Part shown: one piece after another, positions 23,050-34,105 of the stretch
Position numbering within the stretch: position 1 is the first letter of the stretch
Layout of the letters: each line of letters opens with the position of its first letter
NCBI GenBank assembly: GCA_903848955.1
Contig: CAINHS010000122.1
Span: 647 to 64,646 of the forward strand
DNA: 64,000 nt
Direction of reading: 5' to 3'
Source of the DNA: an uncultured beta proteobacterium
Lineage (GTDB): Bacteria > Pseudomonadota > Gammaproteobacteria > Burkholderiales > Rhodocyclaceae
Notes under the pieces: generated by a model
What the model was told of the DNA's origin: nothing
Seen by the model: only the letters and a program-made list of their open reading frames with translations
Databases searched by the model: none
Position numbers and translations under genes: made by a program

Positions 23050-24894
23050 ATGCGCCGTGTTCAAACCGCCTTGGCCCTGCCGGGCCCGACCCCCGATAGC
23101 CGCCACGACTGGCAGACCATCCGCACCCTGCTGCCCTATCTGTGGGCATGGAAGGGCAGGGTCGTTTTTGCGCTGTCCTGCCTGCTGCTGGCGAAGCTGA
23201 CCAACGTTGCGGTGCCGCTGGTGTTCAAGGACATCATCGACACCTTTACCCTGCCTGCGGCCGACCGGATGCAACAGGCCGCCCTGCTGGTGCCGCTGGG
23301 CCTGCTGGCGGCCTACGGCGCGCTGCGCTTTTCCACGGCCCTGTTCACCGAGCTGCGCGAGATTTTCTTTGCCCGCGTCACCCAGCGTGCGGTGCGCACC
23401 ATCACGCTGCAGGTCTTCGAGCACCTGCACGCGCTGTCCCTGCGCTTTCACCTCGATCGCCAGACCGGCGGCCTGACGCGCGACATCGAACGCGGCACGC
23501 GCTCGATCGGCTCGCTGATCAGTTACACGCTGTATTCGATCCTGCCGACGCTGGTCGAAATCACGCTGGTGCTGGGCATCCTGGCCGCCCGCTACGACCG
23601 CGATTTCACCCTGATCACGGTCGGCACGCTGATTATCTATGTCGCCTTCACCATCGTCGTCACCAACTGGCGCACGGTGCTGCGGCGCGAAGTGAATGAA
23701 CTGGATTCCGCGGCCAACGTGCGCGCCGTCGATAGCCTGATCAATTTCGAAACGGTCAAGTACTTCAACAACGAACGCTGGGAACATGACCGCTACGACG
23801 AGCAGATGCAGAAGTGGGAAGTTGCACAGATCCGCAGCCAGATATCGCTTTCGTGGCTCAATCTCGGTCAGTCACTGATCATCGCCGCCGGCGTGTCGCT
23901 GATGATGTGGCGCGCCGCGGCAGGCGTCGCCGCCGGCAACATGACGGTGGGCGACATCGTGCTGGTGAATGCCTTCCTGATCCAGCTCTACATGCCGCTG
24001 AACCATCTCGGCGTGCTGTATCGCGAGATCCGCCAGTCGCTGACCGACATCGAGCGCATGTTTTCCCTGTTGAACAGCAACCGCGAGATTCAGGATGCGC
24101 CGGATGCGCGGCCCCTGTTTGCCGGGGGCCCCGACGGCAACAGCGGCGATCCCTGCGAGATCGAATTCGAGCGCGTCAGCTTCGCCTATGAAGCCAACCG
24201 GCAGATCCTCTTCGACGTCGATTTCAAGGTCGCTGCCGGCAGGACGGTGGCGGTAGTCGGTCACAGCGGTTCCGGCAAATCGACCCTGGCGCGGCTGCTG
24301 TTCCGCTTTTATGACACCACTGCCGGCTCGGTCAGGATCAACGGCTCCGACCTGCGCGCCCTGCAGCAAACCTCGGTGCGTGCCGCCATCGGCATCGTGC
24401 CGCAGGACACGGTGCTGTTCAATGACACCATCTTCTACAACATCCAGTACGGCCGGCCCGCTGCGCCGCGCGAAGAAGTCATCGCCGCGGCGAAGGCCGC
24501 CCACATCCACGACTTCATCGAACGGCTGCCAGAGGGCTACCAGACCCGCGTCGGCGAGAGAGGCCTCAAGCTGTCCGGCGGCGAGAAGCAGCGCGTCGCC
24601 ATCGCCCGGGCGCTGTTGAAGAACCCGCCTATCCTGATCTTCGACGAGGCCACCTCGGCGCTCGATTCGAAGACCGAAAAGGCCATCCAGGCGGAACTGG
24701 ATCAGGCCGCCGTCGGCCGTACCACGCTGATCATCGCCCACCGGCTATCGACCGTGATGAATGCCGACGAGATCCTGGTGCTCGATGCCGGGCGCATTGT
24801 CGAGCGCGGATCCCACCGCGCGTTGCTCGAACGCGATGGCCTATACTCGCAAATGTGGGCATTGCAGCAGCAGGAACACCTAATCGAAGTCTGA
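23050..24894 (+). CDS. ATM1/ABCB-type ABC exporter (fused permease-ATPase)
   Basis: HLDRQTGGLTRDIERG, DSLINFETVKYFNNE, Walker A GHSGSGKS, signature LSGGEKQR. Confidence 0.9.
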   Translation: MRRVQTALALPGPTPDSRHDWQTIRTLLPYLWAWKGRVVFALSCLLLAKLTNVAVPLVFKDIIDTFTLPAADRMQQAALLVPLGLLAAYGALRFSTALFTELREIFFARVTQRAVRTITLQVFEHLHALSLRFHLDRQTGGLTRDIERGTRSIGSLISYTLYSILPTLVEITLVLGILAARYDRDFTLITVGTLIIYVAFTIVVTNWRTVLRREVNELDSAANVRAVDSLINFETVKYFNNERWEHDRYDEQMQKWEVAQIRSQISLSWLNLGQSLIIAAGVSLMMWRAAAGVAAGNMTVGDIVLVNAFLIQLYMPLNHLGVLYREIRQSLTDIERMFSLLNSNREIQDAPDARPLFAGGPDGNSGDPCEIEFERVSFAYEANRQILFDVDFKVAAGRTVAVVGHSGSGKSTLARLLFRFYDTTAGSVRINGSDLRALQQTSVRAAIGIVPQDTVLFNDTIFYNIQYGRPAAPREEVIAAAKAAHIHDFIERLPEGYQTRVGERGLKLSGGEKQRVAIARALLKNPPILIFDEATSALDSKTEKAIQAELDQAAVGRTTLIIAHRLSTVMNADEILVLDAGRIVERGSHRALLERDGLYSQMWALQQQEHLIEV

Positions 24895-24912
24895 CAACAC
24901 AGGGGAGAGCCG

Positions 24913-25824
24913 ATGATCCGCCGCGCCGCAGCCGTAGTTTCTCTCACTCTCGTAATCCTCGCTCTCCCGGCTCTGGCGCAGGATGCGGGCGGTACGCTGA
25001 AGAAGGTCAGGGACAGCGGCAGCATCACGATGGGCATACGCGAATCCTCGCTGCCGCTCTCCTATCTGGACGACAAGCAGCAGCCGGTCGGCTATCACAT
25101 CGAGATCTGCAACAGGATCGTCGACGCGCTCAAGGCGCATCTCAAGATGTCCGCGCTCAAGATCACGCATACGCCGGTGACTTCGCAAAACCGGATTCCG
25201 CTGGTGACCAACGGCACGGTCGATCTCGAGTGCGGCTCCACCACCAACAATGAAGCACGCAAGAAACAGGTCGATTTCGCGCCGACCACCTTCGTCACCA
25301 ACGTGCGCATGGCGGTGAAGAAAGCCTCCGGCATCAAGAGCCTGTCCGAACTGAACGGCAAGCCGGTGGCCACCACTACCGGCACTACCTCGGTGCAACT
25401 GATGCGCGCTCACGAAAAGGGCAAGCACATCGATTTCAAGGAGGTCTACGGCAAGGATCACGCCGACGCTTTCCTGATGCTGGAAACAGATCGCGCGGTC
25501 GCCTTCGTCATGGACGACAACCTCTTGGCCGGCCTCATCGTCACCTCGAAAAATCCCAATGACTACGTCATCGTCGGCGAAGTGCTGAACATCGAGCCTA
25601 TCGCCATCATGCTGCGCAAGGATGATCCGGCCTTCAAGGCGGTGGTCGATGATGCGGTCAAGGCGCTGATGAAGAGCGGCGAAATCGACAAGCTCTACGC
25701 CAAGTGGTTCATGAACCCGATCCCGCCCAAGGGCGCCAGCTTGAACTTCCCGATGAGCGACAAGCTCAAGGAACTGATCAAGACGCCGAGCGACGCTCCG
25801 GCGGAGGCCTACAACAGGAAGTAA
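24913..25824 (+). CDS. gltI: Glutamate/aspartate ABC transporter substrate-binding protein
   Basis: VTSQNRIPLVTNGTVDLECGSTTNN and AFVMDD motifs; heads the permease-permease-ATPase cluster. Confidence 0.88.
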   Translation: MIRRAAAVVSLTLVILALPALAQDAGGTLKKVRDSGSITMGIRESSLPLSYLDDKQQPVGYHIEICNRIVDALKAHLKMSALKITHTPVTSQNRIPLVTNGTVDLECGSTTNNEARKKQVDFAPTTFVTNVRMAVKKASGIKSLSELNGKPVATTTGTTSVQLMRAHEKGKHIDFKEVYGKDHADAFLMLETDRAVAFVMDDNLLAGLIVTSKNPNDYVIVGEVLNIEPIAIMLRKDDPAFKAVVDDAVKALMKSGEIDKLYAKWFMNPIPPKGASLNFPMSDKLKELIKTPSDAPAEAYNRK

Positions 25825-25884
25825 GAGTCTGCAGCGGCGGAGGGCGATCCGTTTCGCCGTTCGCCGCCACGCTGCTCTGCGCGC

Positions 25885-26622
25885 ATGAACTACCACTGGA
25901 ACTGGGGCATCTTCCTCGAGCAGGTCAAAGGTGGCGACGAAACCTACCTCGACTGGCTGCTGACCGGCTTGGGCTGGACCTTGGCGGTGTCGCTGACGGC
26001 CTGGGTGATCGCGCTGACTCTCGGCATCTGCATCGGCGCCTTGCGCAGCATGCCTTCGCGCCTGCCGGTGATGCTCGGCAATGCCTGGGTCGAGTTGTTC
26101 CGCAACATTCCGCTGCTGGTGCAGATGTTCCTCTGGTTCTTCGTGATGCCCGAGTTCCTGCCGCGCGACTGGTCGCTGTGGGTCAAGCAGGACATGCCCG
26201 CCAAGGAATTCCTCACCGCCGCGCTGTGCCTCGGCTTGTTCACCTCTGCCCGCGTTGCCGAACAGGTGCGCGCCGGGGTCGGCAGCCTGCCGCGCGGCCA
26301 GCGCGATGCGGCTCTGGCGCTGGGCCTGACGCTGCCGCAGACCTACCGCCACGTGATCCTGCCACAGGCCCTGCGCATCGTCATCCCGCCGCTGACCTCG
26401 GAGTTCATGAACGTGTTCAAGAACTCTTCGGTAGCCTTTGCCATCGGCGTGCTGGAACTCACCTTCCAGGCGCGGCAGATGCAGGAGGACTCGGAACAGG
26501 GTATCGAGACCTTCCTCGCGGTGACTCTGCTCTACTTCATCTGTGCCTTCGCCGCCAACCGCGGCATGGTGCTGATCGAGGCCCGCACGCGGGTCCCCGG
26601 CCTCATCGCGCGGACCGGCTGA
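25885..26622 (+). CDS. gltJ: Amino acid ABC transporter permease
   Basis: MNYHWNWGIFL, ELFRNIPLLVQ and an EAA-loop-like segment. Confidence 0.85.
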   Translation: MNYHWNWGIFLEQVKGGDETYLDWLLTGLGWTLAVSLTAWVIALTLGICIGALRSMPSRLPVMLGNAWVELFRNIPLLVQMFLWFFVMPEFLPRDWSLWVKQDMPAKEFLTAALCLGLFTSARVAEQVRAGVGSLPRGQRDAALALGLTLPQTYRHVILPQALRIVIPPLTSEFMNVFKNSSVAFAIGVLELTFQARQMQEDSEQGIETFLAVTLLYFICAFAANRGMVLIEARTRVPGLIARTG

Positions 26623-26641
26623 GCATGGCAAAGACAAGGCA

Positions 26642-26714
26642 TACCGCAGAGGCGCAGAGGAAATCTTCTTCGCGCTGTTGCAGTTCTCTGCGAATCCTCT
26701 GCGTCTCTGCGGTA
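26642..26714. repeat. Palindromic intergenic element with internal CGCAGAG repeats (copy 2)
   Basis: TACCGCAGAGGCGCAGAGG ... CTCTGCGAATCCTCTGCGTCTCTGCGGTA, with a perfect 10-bp terminal inverted repeat. Confidence 0.85.
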
Positions 26715-26746
26715 GATGTTCAGCTCTTCTTTCGCAGACTCTGAAC

Positions 26747-27409
26747 ATGGGCGAATTCGACTTCACCGTCTGGCAACCGAGTCTGCCTTTCATCCGCGAC
26801 GGACTGCTGTTCACGCTGCGGCTGACGCTGGTCGCAATGAGCGGCGGCATCGTCATCGGTACCCTGCTGGCTCTCGCCCGGCTGTCGCCCGTCGCGCCCC
26901 TGTCACGCATCGCCGGCGCCTATGTCGACCTGATGCGTTCGGTGCCGCTGGTGCTGGTGATCCTCTGGTTCTTCCTGGTCATTCCCTTCATCAGCGGCGC
27001 GCCGGTCGGCGCCGAAACTTCCGCCATCATCACCTTCACTGCCTTCGAGGCCGCCTTCTATTGCGAAATCATGCGCTCCGGCATCCAGAGCGTGCCGCGC
27101 GGGCAGGTCGATGCCGCCCGGGCGCTGGGCCTCGGTCAGGCGCAAACCATGATCCATGTGATACTGCCGCAGGCGGTGCGCAACATGCTCCCGGTGCTGC
27201 TGACGCAGACCATCGTGCTGTTTCAGGACACCTCGCTGGTGTATGCCATCGGCGCCAAGGACATGCTCAAGGCTGCCGACATCGTGGGCAAGAACTACAA
27301 TCGGCCGGTCGAGATGATCGTGCTTTCGGCCCTGATCTACTTCGTCATCTGTTTCAGCCTGTCGCTGGCGGTAAAGCAACTGCAAAAAACCGTCGCCATC
27401 ATTCGCTAG
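26747..27409 (+). CDS. gltK: Amino acid ABC transporter permease
   Basis: MGEFDF..., DLMRSVPLVLVILWFF, EIMRSGIQSVPRGQ, FQDTSLV. Confidence 0.85.
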   Translation: MGEFDFTVWQPSLPFIRDGLLFTLRLTLVAMSGGIVIGTLLALARLSPVAPLSRIAGAYVDLMRSVPLVLVILWFFLVIPFISGAPVGAETSAIITFTAFEAAFYCEIMRSGIQSVPRGQVDAARALGLGQAQTMIHVILPQAVRNMLPVLLTQTIVLFQDTSLVYAIGAKDMLKAADIVGKNYNRPVEMIVLSALIYFVICFSLSLAVKQLQKTVAIIR

Positions 27410-27428
27410 GAAGCTCGCAACTGAAATC

Positions 27429-28157
27429 ATGATCGAAATCCGCAATCTCTCGAAATGGTACGGCCAGACCCGGGTGCTGGCCGATTGCAGCACCCATGTC
27501 GCCAAAGGCGAGGTAGTGGTGGTCTGCGGTCCGTCGGGCTCGGGCAAGTCCACCCTGATCAAATGCGTGAACGGCCTGGAACCTTTTGCCCGGGGCAGCA
27601 TCACGGTAGACGGCGTTTCGGTGGGCGATCCCGGGACCGACCTGCCGCGGCTGCGGGCGCGGGTCGGCATGGTGTTTCAGCACTTCGAACTGTTTCCGCA
27701 CATGAGCGTGGAACAGAACCTGGCGCTGGCGCAGATCAAGGTGCTCGGCCGCAGCAAGGATGAGGCCGCCGCGCGCGGCGTCGCACTGCTCGACCGCGTC
27801 GGCCTGCGCGAACACGCCCGCAAGTTTCCCGGCCAGCTGTCCGGCGGCCAGCAGCAGCGCGTGGCGATTGCCCGCGCCCTGGCCATGGACCCGGTCTGCC
27901 TGCTGTTCGACGAACCGACCTCGGCACTGGATCCCGAAATGATCGGCGAGGTGCTCGATGTCATGGTCGAACTGGCGCGGACAGGCATGACCATGATGTG
28001 CGTCAGCCACGAAATGGGTTTTGCCCGCAAGGTGGCAAAACGCGTGGTGTTCATGGATCACGGCGAAATCGTCGAAGACGCGCCCGCCGCGCAGTTTTTC
28101 GAAGCTCCGGCGAGCGAGCGGGCGAGGACCTTTCTCGCCCGCATCCTGCACCACTGA
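27429..28157 (+). CDS. gltL: Amino acid ABC transporter ATP-binding protein
   Basis: GPSGSGKS, LSGGQQQRVAIARAL, FDEPTSALDPE. Confidence 0.88.
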   Translation: MIEIRNLSKWYGQTRVLADCSTHVAKGEVVVVCGPSGSGKSTLIKCVNGLEPFARGSITVDGVSVGDPGTDLPRLRARVGMVFQHFELFPHMSVEQNLALAQIKVLGRSKDEAAARGVALLDRVGLREHARKFPGQLSGGQQQRVAIARALAMDPVCLLFDEPTSALDPEMIGEVLDVMVELARTGMTMMCVSHEMGFARKVAKRVVFMDHGEIVEDAPAAQFFEAPASERARTFLARILHH

Positions 28158-28172
28158 CAGGCATACGCACTC

Positions 28173-30932
28173 ATGACGACACCCGCCCCGGACAAAGACC
28201 AGCCCCTGCGTGATGACATCCGCCTTCTCGGCCGCCTTCTGGGCGACACCGTGCGCGAGCAGGAAGGCGTCGCGGTATTTGACCGCGTCGAGGAAATCCG
28301 CCAGCTTGCGCTGCGCTTCCATCGCGATGACGATCCCGCGGCGCGCGAGGAAATGGAGACCCTGTTGCACGGATTGCCGCGCGAGCGCACCAATCTGGTG
28401 GTGCGCGCCTTCAGTTACTTCTCGCATCTGGCCAACATCGCCGAGGACCAGCACCATATCCGCCGCGCCCGCGCTCATGCCCGTGCCGGATCGAAGCCGC
28501 GCGAGGGCAGCCTGGCCTTTTCGCTGCAACGCGCACTTGCCGTCGGCATAGACGCGGAACAGCTCGGCCGCTTCTTTGCCGGCGCCCAGGTGCGCCCGGT
28601 GCTGACCGCACACCCGACCGAGGTGCAGCGCAAGAGTATTCTCGACTGCCAGTGGAAGATCGCGCGCCTGCTCGACGAGCGCGACCGCACCGAGCTTTCG
28701 CCGCAAGAGCAGGCCGAGCATGCCGAAGCCCTGCGCCGCGCGGTATTGCGCCTGTGGCAGACGCGCATGCTGCGGCGGGCCAAGCTCTCGGTGATGGACG
28801 AAGTCAATAACGCCCTGACTTTCTACGACACCACCTTCCTGCGCGAACTGCCGCGACTCTACAACGCGCTGGAAGACCACCTCGTCGCCGATGTCCCGGG
28901 CTGGAGTGCCAAGGAACTGCCGCCCTTCCTGCATCCCGGCTCCTGGATCGGCGGCGACCGCGACGGCAATCCCTTCGTCACCGCCGAGGTGCTGGCCAAC
29001 GCCATGCGCGCGCAAAGCCGCAAGGCCATGGGCTACCTGCTGGAACAGCTGCATCAGCTGGGCGCCGAACTGTCGACCACGACCTCGCTGATTGCGGTGC
29101 CGGATGTCGAACTGATGAAGCTGGCCGAACAGTCGCCCGACCACAGCGCGCACCGCATCGACGAGCCCTATCGCCGCGCCATCGCGGGTTTCTACGCGCG
29201 GCTGGCGGCGACCGCCCTGCAACTCGACAATCTCGAGGCGCCGCGCCATGCCGTGGCCGCGGCCGAACCCTACTTTACCGCCGCCGAATTCGCCGCCGAT
29301 CTGGACGTGCTGCATCGATCCCTGATCAGCCACAAAGCGGGTCTGCTCGGCCGCGGCCGCCTGCGCCGCCTGCGCCATGCCGTGGCCATCTTCGGCTTTC
29401 ACCTGACGCCCCTCGATCTGCGCCAGAACTCCGAGGTGCATGCGCGCACCGTAGCGGAACTGCTGGCGATCGCCCGTCCCGGCAGCGATTACCTGTCACT
29501 CGACGAAAACGGGCGCATCGCCCTGCTGCTCGAAGAACTGGCTACGCCACGCCCTCTGGCGGCGCCCGGCATCGACTACTCGGCAGAAACCCGGGGCGAA
29601 CTGGCGATATTCCAGACCGCCCGCAGCATTCACCAGCGCTACGGCAAGGCGGCCATCGAGAACGTCATCATTTCCAAGACCGACGGCGTTTCGGACATTC
29701 TCGAAGTCGCCGTGCTGCTGAAGGAGGTCGGCCTGCTGCGGCCGCTGGAACATGCGCTCGACGTGAACATCGTGCCGCTGTTCGAGACCATCGGCGACCT
29801 CGCCAATGCCGGCGCGGTAATGGACAAGCTGCTGGCGATGCCGCTCTACAACCGGCTGCTCGGTTCGCGTCAGGCCCTGCAGGAAGTCATGCTCGGCTAT
29901 TCCGACAGCAACAAGGACGGCGGCTTCCTGACTTCGGGCTGGGCGCTGTATCGCGCCGAAATCGCGCTGACCGAGGTATTCTCCCGTCATGGCATCACCT
30001 TGCGCCTGTTTCATGGCCGCGGCGGTTCGGTCGGTCGCGGCGGCGGACCGAGCTATCAGGCCATTCTGGCGCAACCGCAGGGCGCGGTGCAGGGCCAGAT
30101 CCGCATCACCGAACAGGGCGAGGTCATCGCCTCGAAATATGCCAACCCGGAACTCGGCCGGCGCAACCTGGAAATCCTCGCCGCCGCGACCCTGGAAGCC
30201 ACCTTGCTGGGGCACGAACACGATGCGCCGCGGCCCGAGTTTCTCGCCGCCATGGAAGAACTCTCGGCCACGGCCTTTGCCGCCTACCGCGGGATGGTCT
30301 ACGAGACGCCCGGCTTCGAGCAGTATTTCTGGGAGTCCACCGTCATTGCCGAAATTGCCGCGCTCAACATCGGCAGCCGGCCGGCCTCGCGCAAGAAGAC
30401 CACGGCCATCGAGGACCTGCGCGCGATCCCCTGGGTGTTTTCCTGGGCGCAGTGCCGCCTGATGCTGCCGGGCTGGTTCGGTTTCGGCGCGGCGGTAGCG
30501 GCCTGGCGGCAGAAAAAGGGCGCGGCCGGAATGGCGCTGCTTGCCGAGATGAATCGCGAGTGGGGATTTTTCCGCACCCTGCTGTCGAACATGGATATGG
30601 TGCTGGGCAAGAGCGACATCGCCATTGCCGAACGCTACTCGCACCTGGTGACCGACGAAGACTTGCGCCAGGCCATCTTTCCGCGCCTCAAGGCGGAGTG
30701 GCAGGCGGCCATCGATGCGTTGCTGGCGATCAACGGACAAGGTCAATTGCTCGACGGCAACCCGCTCCTGCAGCGCTCCATCCGCAACCGCTTTCCCTAC
30801 CTCGACCCGCTCAACCACATCCAGGTCGAACTGCTGCGCCGCCACCGCGTCGGCGAAACCGACGAGCGCGTGCAGCGCGGCATCCATCTGACCATCAACG
30901 GCATCGCCGCGGGCCTGCGCAACAGCGGCTGA
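28173..30932 (+). CDS. ppc: Phosphoenolpyruvate carboxylase
   Basis: [36 protein letters not shown] and the C-terminal GLRNSG. Confidence 0.97.
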   Translation: MTTPAPDKDQPLRDDIRLLGRLLGDTVREQEGVAVFDRVEEIRQLALRFHRDDDPAAREEMETLLHGLPRERTNLVVRAFSYFSHLANIAEDQHHIRRARAHARAGSKPREGSLAFSLQRALAVGIDAEQLGRFFAGAQVRPVLTAHPTEVQRKSILDCQWKIARLLDERDRTELSPQEQAEHAEALRRAVLRLWQTRMLRRAKLSVMDEVNNALTFYDTTFLRELPRLYNALEDHLVADVPGWSAKELPPFLHPGSWIGGDRDGNPFVTAEVLANAMRAQSRKAMGYLLEQLHQLGAELSTTTSLIAVPDVELMKLAEQSPDHSAHRIDEPYRRAIAGFYARLAATALQLDNLEAPRHAVAAAEPYFTAAEFAADLDVLHRSLISHKAGLLGRGRLRRLRHAVAIFGFHLTPLDLRQNSEVHARTVAELLAIARPGSDYLSLDENGRIALLLEELATPRPLAAPGIDYSAETRGELAIFQTARSIHQRYGKAAIENVIISKTDGVSDILEVAVLLKEVGLLRPLEHALDVNIVPLFETIGDLANAGAVMDKLLAMPLYNRLLGSRQALQEVMLGYSDSNKDGGFLTSGWALYRAEIALTEVFSRHGITLRLFHGRGGSVGRGGGPSYQAILAQPQGAVQGQIRITEQGEVIASKYANPELGRRNLEILAAATLEATLLGHEHDAPRPEFLAAMEELSATAFAAYRGMVYETPGFEQYFWESTVIAEIAALNIGSRPASRKKTTAIEDLRAIPWVFSWAQCRLMLPGWFGFGAAVAAWRQKKGAAGMALLAEMNREWGFFRTLLSNMDMVLGKSDIAIAERYSHLVTDEDLRQAIFPRLKAEWQAAIDALLAINGQGQLLDGNPLLQRSIRNRFPYLDPLNHIQVELLRRHRVGETDERVQRGIHLTINGIAAGLRNSG

Positions 30933-30964
30933 AGACCGGGCCGCGCACTCATTGCCGCCCTTCG

Positions 30965-32149
30965 CTAGTCCGTGTAGTGCTTCCCGGCGTAGCGCGTGAC
31001 ACCGATCAGAAGGCGCACCAGGCCGTAGGCCGCGGCGCGCAGCAGGCGCCCCGGCCAGAGGCGGCGGCGCTGATCGGCGGTGCGGATTTCCCTGGCGGCG
31101 CCGGCGATGGCCGTCTCCAGGCTGCTGCGCAAGAGCCCGGCAAAGGCGACATCACGCACCACGACATTGGCTTCACGCGCCAGCAGCAGGCTGAACGGAT
31201 CGATGTTCGAGGAGCCGACGGTGGCCCAGTCGCTGTCGATTACCGCCACCTTGGCGTGGAGGAAGGCCCTGTCGTACTCGAAGATCCGCACCCCCGCCGC
31301 CAGCAGGCGGTCATACAGCGCTTGCGTCGCGTAGTGCAGCAGGACGTGATCGGAACGACCCTGCAGCAGGAGCTTGACGGTGACGCCGCGCAGTGCGGCT
31401 GCCAGCAGAACCTTGCGAAAGTGGCGACCGGGCAGAAAGTAGGCATTGGAAATGACGATCTGCTGCCGGGCGGATTGAATCGCCTGCAGATAGGCACTCT
31501 CGATGTCGCGCCGGTGCGCCAGATTGTCCCGTATCAGCAGTGCCGCCTCGACCGTGCCGCAGACGGCCGCTGCCGGCAGCAGCAGATCCGGCGCCGGCGG
31601 GCGGTGGCCGAGGCTGGCCCAGCGCACCAGTCGCCAGACGTGCCGCATCGTGGCATGGACGCACGCCACCAGCGGCCCCTCTATGCGCACGGCATAATCG
31701 AAACGCGCCGCCGCCGCTTTGCCGTCGTCGAAATCGTCGAGCACGTTGATGCCGCCGACGAAGGCGGTGCGGCCGTCGAAAACCGCCAGCTTGCGATGCA
31801 GCCGGCGTAGTCGATGACGCCTGATGCGGGTTTGTCCGGCCTCCGGCCGGTAGGTCATGACCTCGACGCCGCCTGCCGACAGCGCTGCGCCGAGGCCCGC
31901 GGCAAACTCGCGCGCGCCGAAACCGTCCACCAGCACACGCACTGCAACACCCCGCTGTGCCGCGCGTGCCAGGGCTGCGGCGACCCGGCGTCCGCAGCTG
32001 TCGTCGGCAAAGATGTAGGTCTCGAGATGCACCTCGAGCTGCGCGGCGTCGATGGCGGCAATCAGTGCCGGAAAGTACTCGCCGCCCGAACTGAGCAACT
32101 GCAGACGATTGCCGGCCAGAAAGCCCTGCGAACCGGCATCCGGCGCCAT
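30965..32149 (-). CDS. clsB: Cardiolipin synthase ClsB (PLD family)
   Basis: Two HKD motifs (LHRKLAVFD; LHAKVAVID); adjacent to a ybhP-like gene. Confidence 0.85.
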   Translation of the reverse strand: MAPDAGSQGFLAGNRLQLLSSGGEYFPALIAAIDAAQLEVHLETYIFADDSCGRRVAAALARAAQRGVAVRVLVDGFGAREFAAGLGAALSAGGVEVMTYRPEAGQTRIRRHRLRRLHRKLAVFDGRTAFVGGINVLDDFDDGKAAAARFDYAVRIEGPLVACVHATMRHVWRLVRWASLGHRPPAPDLLLPAAAVCGTVEAALLIRDNLAHRRDIESAYLQAIQSARQQIVISNAYFLPGRHFRKVLLAAALRGVTVKLLLQGRSDHVLLHYATQALYDRLLAAGVRIFEYDRAFLHAKVAVIDSDWATVGSSNIDPFSLLLAREANVVVRDVAFAGLLRSSLETAIAGAAREIRTADQRRRLWPGRLLRAAAYGLVRLLIGVTRYAGKHYTD

Positions 32150-32154
32150 GGCGC

Positions 32155-32949
32155 TCACGGAACAGCGGTTCCCATCTGAAGCCGGGCAGAAAGCGCAGCG
32201 TGATCGGAAATGGCCGACCACGGCTGGCCGGCATGAACCTGGGTGTCGATCAGGTTCATGCCGCGCTGGTAAATGCGATCAAGGCGGAACAGGGGCAGTG
32301 CGGCGGGATAGCTGCGCGAAGGTCGCCGGCTGCTGCCGGCAAATACCTCGACCAGGCCGAGGCGGTTTGCCAGCAGGTCATCGGCGTGATTGCGCCAGTC
32401 GTTGAAGTCGCCCGCGATCAAGAGCGGTGCGTCGGCCGGCACCAGTTCTTCAAGCCGGCCGGCCAGCGCGTCCATCTGCCGCCGCCGCGAACGGGCAAAA
32501 AGCGACAGATGCACGCAGACGCAATGCAGCGGCTGCGCCGCTTGCGGCAACTCGACGGCGCAGTGCAGGAGTCCGCGCTTCTCGAAACGCAGATGCGTCA
32601 CGTCCTGATTGTGTTCGGTCAGGATGGGAAAGCGCGAGAGGATGGCATTGCCGTGGTGGCCGTGGTCATAGACCATGTTGCGGCCGTAGGAGTGGTTGCT
32701 CCAGACATCCTCGGCGAGGAATTCGTGCTGCGGCATCGAGGGCCAGTCCGGATGCTTTTCGGCATGCCCCAGATGCAGCCCCTGTACCTCCTGCAGGAAG
32801 ACGATGTCGGCCGACAGGTCGCGCAAGCGATCGCGCAGCTGATGCACCATCATGCGTCGATTGAACTGCGAAAAGCCCTTGTGAATATTCCAGGTGGCGA
32901 TGGACAGCGATGTTGGCGCTGCGGCATTCGCGTTCCGGGCCGGGGTCAT
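32155..32949 (-). CDS. Endonuclease/exonuclease/phosphatase family protein (YbhP-like)
   Basis: TWNIHKG, FLQEVQG, AGDFNDW, LDRIY, SDH. Confidence 0.9.
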   Translation of the reverse strand: MTPARNANAAAPTSLSIATWNIHKGFSQFNRRMMVHQLRDRLRDLSADIVFLQEVQGLHLGHAEKHPDWPSMPQHEFLAEDVWSNHSYGRNMVYDHGHHGNAILSRFPILTEHNQDVTHLRFEKRGLLHCAVELPQAAQPLHCVCVHLSLFARSRRRQMDALAGRLEELVPADAPLLIAGDFNDWRNHADDLLANRLGLVEVFAGSSRRPSRSYPAALPLFRLDRIYQRGMNLIDTQVHAGQPWSAISDHAALSARLQMGTAVP

Positions 32950-34046
32950 GACGCGGCGAGCATGCGCTCCAGCGCCACCTTTGCCAGCACGGCTTCATGC
33001 TGTGGCACCTTGATCTGATTGACTACCCGACCCTCGACCAGGTTTTCCAGCGTCCACGCCAGATGCTGCGGATCGATGCGCTGCATGGTCGAGCACATGC
33101 AGATGGTGCTGGCCATGAACTGTACGGTCTTGCCTTCGTGCTTCACTTCCTCGGCCAGGCGCTGTACCAGATTGAGTTCGGTGCCCACCAGCCAGCGCGT
33201 GCCGGGTGGCGCCGCCTTGACGGTGCTGAGAATGTACTCGGTACTGCCGATATGGTCGGACTGCCGGCAGACTTCGAAACTGCATTCCGGGTGCGAAATC
33301 ACCATGCCGTCGGGATACTGGTTGCGGAAGCGGATGATGTCGGCGGGCTGGAACATCTGGTGCACCGAACAGTAGCCGTGCCAGAGGATGATCCTGGCCT
33401 TGGCGATCTGCTCGCGGCTAAGGCCGCCCAGTTCGAGGTCGGGGTTCCAGATCACCATCTCGTCCTGCGGGATGCCCATCTTGAATCCGCTCCAGCGCCC
33501 CAGATGCTGGTCGGGAAAGAACAGCACCTTCTCGCGCCGGTCAAACGACCATTGCAGGATTTTCGGCGCGTTGGAGGAGGTGCAGACGATGCCGCCGTGG
33601 TCGCCGCAGAAGGCTTTCAGATCGGCGGCTGAATTGATGTAGGTGACCGGCGTCACCTTCTCGTCGGGATCGAGCACTGCGGAAAGCTCGCGCCAGGCGC
33701 GCTCGACCTTGGCCAGGCTGGCCATGTCGGCCATCGAGCAGCCGGCCGCAAGGTCGGGGAGGATCGAAACCTGTTCCGGGCGCGACAGGATGTCCGCCAC
33801 TTCGGCCATGAAATGCACGCCGCAGAAGACGATGTTTTCGGCATTCGACTGCGAGGCCAGGCGCGACAGCTTGAGCGAATCGCCGGTGATGTCGGCATGG
33901 GCATACACATCGGCGCGCTGGTAATGGTGACACAGCAACACCACCCTGTCGCCCAGCTTTTCCCTGGCGGCGCGGATGCGCTCGCCGGCAGCCTGGTCGG
34001 GCAGTTGGTTGAAGCGGTCAAAGGAGATGCTAGCTGTTTGTGCCAT
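32946..34046 (-). CDS. nadA: Quinolinate synthase A
   Basis: HHYQR, FCGVHFMAE, AGCSMAD, CTSSNA, GYCSVH, CMCSTM. Confidence 0.93.
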   Translation of the reverse strand: MAQTASISFDRFNQLPDQAAGERIRAAREKLGDRVVLLCHHYQRADVYAHADITGDSLKLSRLASQSNAENIVFCGVHFMAEVADILSRPEQVSILPDLAAGCSMADMASLAKVERAWRELSAVLDPDEKVTPVTYINSAADLKAFCGDHGGIVCTSSNAPKILQWSFDRREKVLFFPDQHLGRWSGFKMGIPQDEMVIWNPDLELGGLSREQIAKARIILWHGYCSVHQMFQPADIIRFRNQYPDGMVISHPECSFEVCRQSDHIGSTEYILSTVKAAPPGTRWLVGTELNLVQRLAEEVKHEGKTVQFMASTICMCSTMQRIDPQHLAWTLENLVEGRVVNQIKVPQHEAVLAKVALERMLAAS

Positions 34047-34105
34047 GGGAAAGCAGGCCGGTGCGGCGGGATAGAATGAGCAGGATTCGAGTATAGCGTT
34101 CCCAA

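Noticed and set aside
23050-24894. Functional link between the ATM1-like exporter and the encapsulin sulfur module
   Set aside because: The genes are about 27 kb apart, the shared promoter motif was not seen upstream, and there is no sequence evidence of a link.
25825-25884. Imperfect hairpin between gltI and gltJ
   Set aside because: Typical mRNA-stabilising or attenuating stem after a binding-protein gene; unrelated to the repeat family.
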